Source: Pocillopora damicornis (taxonomy: Eukaryota). Taken from it: a DNA stretch of 64,000 nucleotides. Position numbers and translations under genes: made by a program. How positions within the stretch are numbered: the first letter of the stretch is position 1; every line of letters starts with the position of its first letter. The notes beneath the pieces are model-generated. The model was not told the origin of the DNA and did not search any database. It saw only the letters and a program-made list of their open reading frames with translations. This document shows positions 22,601 through 34,641 of the stretch, piece by piece. The DNA is taken from positions 186,001-250,000 of the forward strand of contig NW_020845854.1 in NCBI RefSeq assembly GCF_003704095.1, given 5' to 3'.

Positions 22601-25600
22601 TTGGTGTATGATGATGACTGTTAAGTTCTTCAACTTTTCTTCCTCTGTGCTGTTTTTTAGGAGATTTGTGGTACATGGTAGCTGGAGGGTCACAGGGTCA
22701 TTGGATTTATTTCTGTGATGTTATATGCTCTAAAAAAAGAACATTGAATTATATTGTTTTTGTGTGTGAATTCACAGTCAGTGACATTTGTACACTTCTT
22801 CCCCATATGTCATTTCAATCCATTTTCACCTCAGAGCCATAGGAAGTCCATTTTGATTGCCATCATGTTCTTACAAGTTCTGCTGTGCATTTCCATTTCA
22901 TCTTTCAGATACAGTAATGATTCCCCCGAGCTATTCCAACGTAAGCTGGGTGATTTGGCATTTTTGGTCCAAAACTATGAGCTTGCATACAACAGTTACC
23001 ATACAGCCAAGAGGGACTTCAACAATGAACATGCTTGGTTTTATTTTGCTGGAGCATTGGTTAGTGTTTTGTGTGCTAGCAACCTTTTCCAGGCATTAAG
23101 TTGATAAAACCAAGTGCAATATTAAACAGTTTGAAAGTAACAGAGGGGTTAAAAAAATGGTGGAGGTTTGGGTCCAACCATGTGACTTGATCAAGTCACG
23201 CAAACCTCCCACTTTTTCACTCCTCTGCTGCTATTGCATTGTTTTATTAACTGAACATCTGTGACAGGCTTGCATGCTGGTATCTTTATACTCTCTTAAC
23301 AAATGACAATCCTTGAAGATCTCTCTCTGCAGCTAATAATGAATTTTTCACTCTGATAATAAAATGTACAGTTTTGCAGCAGGGCCTGTTCAATTTAATT
23401 TTATGGATGTTTTGTAATAATTCTGTTTAGGAAATGGCAGCCATCTCAGCTTTTATGGCATCAAATAATCGTCCTTTTCCAACACACTACATGGAAACAT
23501 CAATCACCACGTACCTCAACGCATGCAGGTACATATTTTGCTCTTCTAAACTGGTACAGTTCCGTGATCAGATATGATAAATGAAAACCTCCTGTAGATT
23601 GATTAGTGGGAAACTTTATCGAGGGCTCAAATGGCTACACAGTGGATGACAAAGATTGCTCTGTCAATGCTCATCTATTATTTAACTATTTAAGGTAGGA
23701 AATAATGTTATTCACTCTTTGAGGGACTGGAGCAAAACACTTTGTTTGTAGGTTCTGTTGAAAGGTTTGAAACTGAACAAATTTTATTTCCCAGAGAAAG
23801 AGTGAACGTATCTTATTGTATATGACGTTGATTCTTACAAGTGAGTTCATTATTTGTTCTCATGTGAGATTGGACAGAAGAGAGATGAATAAAGAACTTT
23901 TTAGGCTCTTTGAATTGTACTGTGTATATAAAAGAACCATTTTCCCCCCACCTGTGAAGTAGCAGATCACAGAAAAAATAAATTTGTTTAATCCTATTAT
24001 TTGATTGAATTCATTTGTCATTCTGTAGACAGCACCAGTTTGCTATTAGAGCCACCCTCCTCAGTGCTGAAACTCTCAAGGCACGAAATATTTATCTTGA
24101 CGCTGCCATGCAGTTTATGCGAATGACTGCAGAGGTAAAAAAAATTTATTATAGAGATGCTTTGTCGCAGATATATTGAATTGTCAGACAAAAGCATTAG
24201 TCATGGCTAGAGAATATGTAGTTAATGACCTTGGTATATCAGACTTGATGCTCCTGACCCTCTTAGTCCTACTAGTGATTAATAAGTAACTTCTCCCTAC
24301 GTGTTTCATATTTTACCCAACAAACAAGTGATGAGAATACTCAAACTTATCAAGTAGAAGTTGTTATCTTGATCTAGCACCAAATTCTCAAAACTGTTTT
24401 ACAATGAAATGTGTATCAGCTAGAGGGGAGAATGGACAATCAGACCTTGGAAGTTAAAGGGTTAACCAGCTTTGGTTTTGTTGCATAAAAAGGTGAAATG
24501 ACTTTTAGGTTTCTCAAGGAATTGAAAGGTTTGTACTCTGATCCCTCTCTGTGCCCCGTACAACGTTTTCCTTATTTTTGTTTCCTTTACAGGATTCTGA
24601 TCTTCTGTGTGCTTTGTTTTTGGAGCAAGCAGCACATTGTTTTCTTCACAGCAATCCACCCATGATTCGCAAGTATGCTTTTAACATGATCTTGGCTGGT
24701 CATCGTTACAGCAAATCTGCGCAGGTACGGCTCGGTGGAGAAATATATTCATACTCCTAGTCGCTTCGCGCTAAGGAAACTGGAATGAGTTCAAGATGAA
24801 TGGGCCACCTGACTCGAGCACAGACTTAACCTTGTGATATTTTTCTCGTTACCGTTTTGGATTTTTTTCAAGCATTTCGGAGTTGCTGATTTAAATAGTT
24901 GGACTAATATTTGTTGTTGTTTTTTTTTAAATATATTTTTGTTTCCTTTTCCTTTTCAGAGAAAGCATTCCTTGAGATGTTATCGGCAAGCTCTTTACGT
25001 ATACAATGAAAAGTCATGGCACCTTGCAGAGGTTGGAAATTACAACGTCCAGTCAAGATAAATTACCTATGCACAATGTATTTTATGAGGAACTTTTTAT
25101 TTTTTAACACTTTAACTCCCAAGAGTGACTAAGACAGAATTTTTCCTTACAATATCAATACAATATCAAGCAGACAAGTGATGAGAATAAAGAAAAATAT
25201 CAATTTTGGGGATAATTAGTTGATCCAATACTAAATTTTCTGCACTAACCTCATAAGAATTGTATGGTTGATAGTAAGGAGAATTACAAATTTGCTCAGG
25301 GAGTTAAAGGGTTAAATTAGTGACGTTTTCAATTGAGTGTTGGAAGTAACCCAGGATTGCATTGGTTTTGCTTTCCTTTGCTTTGCTCTCTGATAAGTCC
25401 TGAAAACTCGCGCCACTTTCCCAACCAATCCGATTTGAGATAAAACAACAATCGCGACACAGTCTCTCGCGTTTTCCCGCACTTGGAGCTGTTTGCTGGA
25501 TTTTACTTAGAGTTGCTATTGGCTGCAGATAAAGATTTCCTTTTATCTGGTGGCCATTCTGACTACCTTGCTTTGGTTTTAGAACACTAACAAAAAGTGC

Positions 25601-28600
25601 TCTAAAAGTTTATGACGATTTGTCAGGAATTGCAAGAAGACAAGCAAGGGATAATTCGTTTACGTTGTGAAAAAAGTCACTACGTGTACGTGACTTTGAT
25701 CACTGAACTAAAAGTTGCGAACTTCCTTTTGCAGGACCACATCAACTTCACTATCGGTCGCCAGTCATTTAATCTTCGTTTGTTGGAGGATGCTCAATCA
25801 TTTTTTAGACAACTGTTGGAGTACGAAAGCTCTCAAGCACCAGAACAACAGGCGTCCTACCTCAGAGAATTCCTCTTTGTTTTTAAGGTACATGCATTTT
25901 GTATGGAACAAATCAACCGCTTCACGGCCACCCAGTAATTTTGAGAGCCTATGTTGAGAACTCAATGAGAGCCTGCTGCGGCCTGCGGAGATTACACCTT
26001 TCCATTGAGTTCTATGCATTACAAGATAATTTGGCTTTATCAACTAGGTTGAGAAAATGAATTGGCCACCAAAAAGAGTTTCTAAATAGGTTTCTAGCTA
26101 AGAAACTCTTTACAGAAGGCAATTTGCTTTATTAAACCAGTTGATAAAATCAAATTATCTTACAATGCCTCTTCTCCCCCTCCCACCCCTCCCACTGTCG
26201 CAGCGCCACTGTTTCTTAATCCTTTAACCCCAAAGAGTGACTATCATCTAATTTCTCCTTACAACATCACCCTTGAATCATACATAAAGGTTACGAGAAT
26301 AAAAGAAATGATCAACAACTTAGGAATCTCTTGATTGTTAGACAAATTCTCCTTGTCAGCACCCTACAAAATGTACTGACAACAGTATGGAGAATATGCA
26401 TACTGACCTTAGGGTGTCAAGGGCTGAGGAACTTACCCCCTTTAATCTATGTACGTCCGTTGGTTGCATGGGACAAGTAGTTTTCGTTGTCTTAAATGTA
26501 TGCCAATATGTTAAGTGTTTGATGTCATACTTCTTCCTGGCCTTTCTTTCAGCAATTAAAGGATATCAAAGTAAAAGAGAAAGCACAAGTGAATAAGCTT
26601 CCTGTTCTACCTTTACCCTTAATTGTCCACGATTCAACGAAGGTTATACCATGTTATCGACACAACAGTCTTCAAGGCAAACAACCTGAAAGGACACCTG
26701 TGAACAGTACATTCGAAACAAAGGACAATTTTTTTTATCAAAAATTCAGTGCTAATGATGAGTTAATCAAAAATAGCAACTGGACTTCTGTTGGACAAAC
26801 TTCTTTTGATGATAAATTTAATCATACATTGGCTCAGAGGTGGATTAAACTACAGCAAGAAGCGTATGAGAGTATCAATATGACCACTTTTCCTCCTTCG
26901 TTTCGATGCCAAACGCCGTGTTTAAGCTCAAAGACTGATAACAGAGCGAGGCCTCTCGGTGTTGTTAAAGGTATGTAAAAGTTTTTGCATCCCAGATCAG
27001 ATACAGTAAGGGAGGTTTTTGCTGAAACCATAATGTTTTTACCTCCACCATTGCAAACTCTGAATAATGATGACATCACGGGAGTTTTAAGATTCCAGAG
27101 AGTCACCTGACTTTTAAAACAGTTTTCGAATGTGCTAAAAATTCCACTTCGTACGCCGCCATTTTCAATATTACCTAGCAACCTGGCCGCTAACCCTAAG
27201 AGTTACATAGTTTCACTTTTTGTTCCATCTTTTGGCGAAATTTCAGCCATATCCTTGTAATTACGTAAGTCTTGAATGTGGTGCAGTGCGCAGATATTTA
27301 GCTTTCAACTGTGTTGTTATTATTTTGCCATTTCAGAGACTGTTGGAGTAGAAGTTGTTCTTAAAAATCCCCTCAAGATTCCATTAAACCTGACAAATCT
27401 TTTGTTATTATGGGAATTCACCCCTGAAGGTCAAGAAGATAGCGTCTCAAATGAGGTTAGCGAAAGTAAATCACAAAGAGGAAACTTTGCAATTATTTCA
27501 ATACTAGAGTAGAACAGGTTGTACGTTTACGTATATCGGCAAACGGAAAAAATTTAACCTCTTCCCATCTGCCTTAAGTTGTTTGCACGTCAAAGAGAAA
27601 ATACTTGGATTTACTTTGAACAGAAGGTGTTTTTTTGCTGATGAGAGGAAAAGTGCCGTTAACGTTTAACTACCTAACAAATTTATACGTGCGTTAATAT
27701 TCTGTTGTAGTTTTCACCAGTGGAAGATGTGGTCAAAACGGAAATAATCAAGAATTTTGATATCAGTGGAAATGAAACAAAAGCTGTAAGTAAAATAAAG
27801 AAGGATGAATCCAGCTATCCTCATATAATCACTTGAGGTATTGTGAATTTTTTGAGTAACGTTGAACCAAACAGTTCTTTTTGTGAACAATGTCAAGAAA
27901 GCCAACATTTATTAACTTACTTAAGAAAAAATTTAAAGAACTGTTGATATTTTAGACCGGCCACTGAAGTCAAATCTCGGCGTTTAAATAACCCGCCCAT
28001 GGTAACTGAAAAATTGCGCTGTGTTCCTACAGGCCCGTCTTACTGTGATTCCGTGTCAGACGGGGCGACTACATATCACAGGAATTAAATACAGCTTGAC
28101 TAGTGTCGCCGTCAATGGACCAGTTGAAGAGAAAATCTCCGTCCCTCCTGGGTTGAACCCGGCTCTGTCAGACATCAGCATGCAGGGGAGGTTAGACTTT
28201 GATCAGAGAGGTCCTCGACTTAATAACACCAAGGCAGAAAAGACGAGTGTCATCTATGGTCCAGACTATCGTCTTAACTTGGATGTTGTATCGCCTATGC
28301 CGTTACTTGAGGTAAAAAACATAATCCGCGCTTACACCATATGCAGAGCAATTCTTGAATTTTGTATCGGGATTAATTTGGGTTTGGATTTGCTTTTTGT
28401 TTTCTGAGCGTTGTGATTGTTGTGGGAACCTAAACAGACGACAATAGAACGCCAGTAACTGGCTTTTACTGAAACCGCTGTGTATATGTTGTATCATGAT
28501 CACCAAGAGCGTGCGGCACTCGAGTTTCAAAATTCTGTCCGGACATTTTCACAATCGTGCTATACTTGCAGTAGAATCGATTCAAAACTTTTTCGGAGTA

Positions 28601-31600
28601 ATTTTACGAGATAACACTTTTTTCATCAGGTTCGGTTCTCTGGATTTGCTAACAAACTGCTTTGTAACGAAGTGGTCCAAACCATGGCAGAGTTCACTAA
28701 CTGTAGTGAGTGTCACCTTGAAAACCTCTACATCGCCACACCCAACCCCGAGTTCTTCACCTTTGGAGTCACAGGACATACGGCGGTGAATGTGAAATGC
28801 AGCTTAGCTGCGAGCGATGTCAGAAGAGTCTCTCAAGTTCCCATTCCGGGAGGTAGACTTCCGCCTGGTCATACGACCAAGCTACCAGTTTGGATTCAAG
28901 GTCATGGCAAACCTGGCAGATTCAAACGAGAAATGCTGTTTTACTACCAGTCTGCAGGCATCAAATCTGCAATGAGGTAATGCAATGTAGCTAAGCAGTG
29001 TAGTTTGCAATGGAGTGTCAAAAGTAATCGGGGATTGTAATGGCTTCTCTTTACTTCACCTTGTGGTCGGTCTAGAAAACTCAATCCACCTTCTCACCTC
29101 GTGCCACCTTTAGTTGCAAAACTAAAACCATTGGTGACTTGGTCACCGTCTTTTTCCCGCGCTTTAGAAAGTTTGCTTATTCAAGGGTTCCTTTTGGTTT
29201 TTTATATGATATTTTCCTTTGTTCTGATTGGACGGCTTTGATTCACGTGATATTGGTTTGGTTTTGGGACACTGACGCAATCGAAATGCATTCCACGATT
29301 TTGTAACATTACTCAGGAAAAGATAGTTATTGTGGTGCTAGTATCAATATTTTACGGTTTTGTCTTTCATCTGTGAATTTGTGGTTGAGTCTGGTGATGA
29401 GCGTTTACTTGAACCTTTGTCTTGCAGTTATCGAGTCCTTCAACATGCCTTTGACGTAACCACGAATAGTTCTGTTGCTGTGCGCGCCACGGCCAGGCGG
29501 AACAGACACTCCGTTTCTCAACCAAGGTACGTTACTGATGATGCTTGTTTGAGAAGTGCATTTTTTAATGAAATCTGCTGATTTTACAGTGCAGAGATGC
29601 GGTAAACAAATAACGCATTTTAGTAAAGACTTAATAGGTATGCTTACTTTTGTCTCTTAAAGTTCTGAAGATCAGAATCAGTTGGTTATTGCTTTGGATG
29701 TGGAAAGTCTTGTACAGGTCAGTGGGCTACGACTTTTCAAGTTATCAGTTCGTCTTCTTGGTAAAAATTTTTGCGTCTTGGGCCAGGCTTGCAGTCGATT
29801 TTCGCTGGATTTTTTCGTGTGGTTTAAATGAAAATGAGGGTATAGTGAGGCCAATTCCTGCCGATCAAGCGCAAAGAAGGCTCGCTTTACAAGGATTTAT
29901 AGGATGTCCAAAGAATTGAAAAACATCTTTCAAATTCGTCGGACATTTTTTGTTTCGACTATTCTCAGGACGATTATTGAACTCTTCGACTGTATTGCAG
30001 CGGAATTTTTTTGTCGAATTGCCCTGCAGATCAAACGAAGGATATGAGTTAGCATTGAGTAATTCCTTTTGTGTTTTTGTTTCGAGTACGGGAACAAAGC
30101 AAACAATTTCTCTCAGAGGCAGCCAATCACAAGGCAGGGTTCTCCCACGGAACAAGCCTTATAGTAACCATACATAACTAAGTATCACTTTGTTGCTTGT
30201 AAACTTTACAGGGTGAAGTAGCAAGGAAACACGCGGTATTCTCCATCGTTCAAGTATCTTGTGCAAGCAGGAAGTGGACTTTGCAGCCTCTCAGCCACCA
30301 CAATGCAGGTAACCAAACCATTCTTGACGTGTTTAGTTGTTTGAGTTGCATCTCAATTCTTTACGAACAGGTTTTCCTTGGCAATTTTTCTCCTGACAAA
30401 GGTGCTTGTGAAATGAACAGACGAGTTATGTAGACTAACTAAGAAAAATGTGTTGTCGCAAGTTTTTCTTCGCTGTTGCATGAACCGAACATCTTTGTTG
30501 CTGACAAGTGTTTTTATGAAGGGAACTGTCCTGTGAAAATGCAGCTTCGGTTAAGCTGTTCGTTTTGATTTTTTCAATTATCTCTGTTCTGTCCTGTCGA
30601 CCGCCATTGCCCAAGTGTCATTGAAAGTTATCTTCACGACTTAGCAATGTCTTGTTATTTTTTTTTTTTTAATCAGATGGTGCTATTGAAGTACGATATG
30701 CCGAAACAGTAATTGTCCAGTTCAAAGCAACAAAGCACAGCGGTAAATACCAAGAATTATTGTCGGAAGTTGCACGCCTCAAAAGCTCTGTTGGAAAATA
30801 GCTCGCTTTAGTGCAATTTCCAGTATATGTTTAAAGTAAACCGAGATGCATAGCCCTTGCTCAGTCACAACACTCTGTGATATTACTCGCGCTATCCTGT
30901 CGGCCAATCAGATGGAGAGCTTCTCTAACAATCGATTGCAACTTGGTTCCTCGCGTTTTCTGCTCCTTTTATTCTGTAATTGCCTGGGGTTTGATTTTAC
31001 GCCGCTCGTTTAGACTTGTTCCAGTTTCCTTCAGCTTATTATATTTTAGGCAGCCTGAACCGGCCTTAGTAAATAGTTAAGATGGATGGTAAATTTTGAG
31101 CTCAGTCATGAAATACAAAAAAAAAAGGTTTTTCGTGTTGTCATGAACGTCGAACAAAGGAAAAAATCTGCGTTTCCGACAAGAATCGGTCCTCAGACTT
31201 TCGGAATCCGTGCCTCGATGCATGACCACCGAGCTACAGAGAACTCTGGTGAATTAGGCCATTTCAAGGATTACATGTGACAAACGTCCTGCATACTGCT
31301 ACTGAGGATCGGAATTGTCAAAAGCGTTGTGTTAGTAAATTGCTCATATAGATAGTATATAGTGGTAGCCTAACTTTCTTTGACCTGCACATTCAACAAG
31401 ACAAGCGACATCTTTCCTTTTAAAGCCTGCATTCGCCAGGCAACAATTCCCCGCGCTCGGTTTTTTTAACTAATCAAATAATATGTTTCAGTTATGGTTA
31501 CATTTCAATGTCTGTTTGTCTTTGTGTTTGTTCACTTCAGGTGCTTCTGATTCTTCAGATGAACTCCATTTCAGCCACGTTTGCTTCGTTGAAAATGAGG

Positions 31601-34600
31601 TAGGAGCGATGGATTGAACAAAGTATTGAAAGACAGGACAGAAACGAACGACAAAACACAGGAAAGAAAAAGTTAAATGAAAGGCAAAACAAGACACCCA
31701 TGTAAAACGCATTAGGCTTGACCTTTACGCTCACTTTTGATCCTCCTAGAACGGCGATATGTGCTATAATGTACATTTGCCTCTATTATCTTAGCCTGTA
31801 AATTTTATTGCCTTCTACCACCTAGCAGTGACTTCCGTGCAAGTTCTTTTTAATATACTGTCCAACGAACCGGTAACGGAGACAAGGAAAACTTGTCGGG
31901 GTGTTTTCTTGATTTTAAATCAAATTCCTTTGACTATTATTAAAGAAAATGTATTGCGGCCGAAATGGGAATTATTGATCAGAACTTGGGTGTCCAAGGG
32001 TCAATATGTTGTGAGTCATTGAGTCCTCTTGGCAAGGTTTGAAATCCTCATGAAAACCTCATGGATCAGTGGGTCGTTTATTCGTCAAACCTTGCTTTCC
32101 TTGTCGTGTATTTAGCCGGTCACATTAACATCTTTTCTTTCACACGATAGTTTATATGATTAACGATTATTGTTCGTCAATTTGCAGATCGCAGCCTCGT
32201 GTTCTCCAGCCGTTGACTTCTTCTTCAGATCAGACGCCTGGAAAGAGCAGAAACAATTCGCCAAGAAACTTGACTCTGCGAGTGTTGACGACACTTCACA
32301 AGTGGATATTGGTTTGATTGTGTTCTGGCAGGTGAGGCTTGTTAATATCAACTTTCTGGTGCAATTTTTGTAGCATGAATGGGCTACTCGTAATGCTACT
32401 CCACTGGTGAGGAATTCTGTTGTATAGCAGCCTTTCTACATCACACGCACACCCCCCCCCCCCCCCCCCCCCCAACTGCCAGTTTTTTCTCACTATTTCC
32501 TTATGCCTTTTTATATCCGCGGATCTAGAGAGGCGCGGAGAGACTTTTCACCCAAGGACACAACATGAAATACCCAGTTAGGGGTCGAACCGAGGCCTTT
32601 CGATACATAGTCAGGCGCGGGTGATGTACAAATGGTTCTGAAAACTAATTAACACTTAGAGAGCGCGACATATGGAACAGCCAAACTGAACTGCGCCGGC
32701 ATCATCGCTTAAGAAGGGCTCAGTTCATCTTATTTTATGCAGTGTCCGATCTCGATGCTAGAGAAGAGGTTTACTTGCTATCTGGCTTAGCTCGCACATG
32801 CGCTGTTTTAGAGATGATTGGCATGAAAGTAAAGCGTTTGATGATCATAATTCGCCCTTGCTTTTTTTATCATTCATCATTATTATTTCTCAGACTTCAT
32901 ATATAGACAAGGACTTTCAAAAGCAAATGGTCAATGGCCAGAGTCACGTAAATATCAACAGATTGGCGGAAACAGTGTCAGCTGTCACAAAACCACTGGT
33001 AAGGAAGCTGGTATTCCTTCCCATTCTCTTCTGTTTTCTCCTTTATCTTTTATTCTTCCTCTTTACTCACCTTTTTATCTCCTTTACGTCTCTGATCTTC
33101 CATCAACAAAGTTACGATTACTGCCATAATTTTCTCGTTTTAATATTCATACCAGTCACCTTTTTATCTTCGTTCGTGTCCAATCTTCCATCCACGATGT
33201 AAGGGTTGTAGCCATAATTTTCTATTTTTTATATCCCTGGTAGTCTTTAACATTTTCATGTGCTCACTCAGGTACCGCCGTTCAATTCCTCTTTTCTTGA
33301 AACGACGTCACAAGGTGACACTGATAGCGTTAGTAACTCAGAACTACTTGTCAAGTATTCCTTGCGGCATCCTGCATCGCTCCAAGTCAATTTTTCCTCT
33401 AGCAGGTAAGGGAATATTCCTTGTTAGGAGCTTTATATTGTCCTTTGTGTCATGGATTAAAGAAACAAAAGAAAAACAACAACAACAAAAAAAATCGGAA
33501 TCCGTGCACCGATGCTCGATCACTGAGCTACTGAGAACTCTATGGTGAGTTAGGCCATTTCAAGGTTCACGTGTGACACACGTTCTGTTTCATGCGACCC
33601 TCGCCTGTCCAGCCTTGAATAGTTTTCCGACTTTATTCGGATTCCGCGGCCAAGAATCGTAAATCGTATTCTGCAGCCTATGAGTGACCAAGACAGAATT
33701 TCTAATTACAATATAGAATAGAGAAAAATATAGATTATGAGATTTAAGATCAAACTCTCCGAACTAACGTCACAAGATATGTATGGGAGTCGAAAAGGAG
33801 AATTACTAATGAGATCTTGGAAGTCAATTGTTGAACACATTCCATAGACTTTTGTTATTGGTTAACTTTATCGAGCATATAGGAACATGCCAACGGTAAA
33901 GTGGAGAATAGAGAAAAATGACTTAATTATCAAGAAGAGAAGTAAAACATAAATACCTAGCATCATTGGGCAGAATGATTCATTCTCTGGAACTTTTTTA
34001 TTTATTTATTTTTTCAGGTTGGCGCGTGTTGTGGTGGAGCTGTCGTTACACAACTGTTGTTCAACAACCGTCGACGTGTTTGTGGAGCTAGTCCCAAGGT
34101 TTGTTCAGTTCGGTTTACTTACATTGATATACCTGATTTTTCCGTTTAACAATTGGGCAGAAAAATTGCTGATACTCCTAATCGCTTTATGATATTACAA
34201 CGTTCATAAGCTTCGCTATGATGGGCATGTTCTTTTTGTCGTCTGACTCTATGTTTACATCATCCCTCCACAAAAATTCTGTTTCATTTTTCTCCTCGCA
34301 GTGTCGGAAACTCCTCATCAGTGTCAGAAGGTGAATCGAGCAATTCCACAAACAATACCGTTTCCTTCGACAAGGATACAGAATCTACGTCATCTCCTAG
34401 CTCATTCACTTGGGTTGGACAGACATCGAGAAGATTTCAATTAGACCCGAACGGAACTTCGATGTTAAAATTCAACGCCCTGGTGTCGCTTCCCGGCGTC
34501 TATAATATGAACAATTTGCGCGTTCTTGCGAGAATTTCAGATGAACACGAACCTGGGGGTGTCTTAATTCTCCAGAAACCGTGTCCGCCAAGCTTTACAG

Positions 34601-34641
34601 TCGTGGAAAACATTTTTAGCAATCCTAAGGACAAAAGTTGA
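16669..34641 (+). CDS. TRAPPC8: Trafficking protein particle complex subunit 8 (TRAPPIII; Trs85 homolog), 28 coding exons, about 1481 aa
   Basis: Exons 16669-16825, 18149-18331, 18825-18914, 19396-19567, 20545-20701, 21240-21689, 22374-22480, 22909-23059, 23431-23528, 24029-24134, 24593-24724, 24960-25031, 25735-25887, 26553-26970, 27337-27455, 27711-27785, 28033-28311, 28630-28976, 29428-29526, 29663-29717, 30212-30308, 30677-30742, 31541-31599, 32188-32331, 32894-32998, 33272-33405, 34018-34098, 34302-34641; phases all compatible. Hallmarks MAQCTQS..EFIQSAFCP, PWFEAFRDCF..SDHEFIRHFLAC, RKLGDLAFLVQNYELAY, EDSDLLCALFLEQAAHCF..RKYAFNMILAGHRYSK, DHINFTIGRQSF, GPRLNNTKAEKTS..YGPDYRL, FTWVG…PGVYNMN. 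The 3' exons are less conserved, so their boundaries are less certain. Confidence 0.93.
18915..19395 (+). other. U12-type GT-AG intron in TRAPPC8 (intron 3)
   Basis: Donor GTATCCTTTC; branch-like TTTCCTTGAT at 19369-19378; AG at 19394-19395 with no polypyrimidine tract. Splicing gives HFLA-C-LIVVSS. Confidence 0.9.
25104..25315. mobile_element. About 200-bp piggyBac-type MITE (TTAA target, CCCTTTAACTCCC…GGGAGTTAAAGGG termini)
   Basis: TTAA-CACTTTAACTCCC…GGGAGTTAAAGGG-TTAA. Related copies at about 4080-4279, 8886-9107, 17641-17852, 20143-20387, 24255-24465, 26217-26428, 39176-39381 and 50836-51050, plus truncated copies near 21775, 33680, 56430 and 62940-63073. Confidence 0.8.
25318..25606. 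mobile_element. About 290-bp MITE-like repeat family (TTTCAATTGAGTGT…; internal AAAACTCGCGCCAC…CCAATC…GCGTTTTCCCGC)
   Basis: Related diverged copies at about 28997-29295, 19755-20015, 30815-31000 and reverse 10786-11062. Confidence 0.6.
31060..31340 (-). repeat. tRNA-derived SINE-like repeat; second partial copy at about 33440-33590
   Basis: Both copies share TCGGAATCCGTGC..CGATGC….CAC.GAGCTAC.GAGAACTCT…TTAGGCCATTTCAAGG..CA..TGTGACA.ACGT.CTG; the reverse strand has an A-box-like GTAGCTCGGTGG. Confidence 0.55.

Noticed and set aside
27064-27110. Possible C/D snoRNA (ATGATGA…CTGA) in a TRAPPC8 intron
   Set aside because: Only about 45 nt, with no terminal stem and no recognisable rRNA-complementary guide.
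27190-27199. CTAACCCTAA, resembling a telomerase RNA template
   Set aside because: Isolated 10-mer in a TRAPPC8 intron with no visible pseudoknot or H/ACA context; chance or a repeat remnant.
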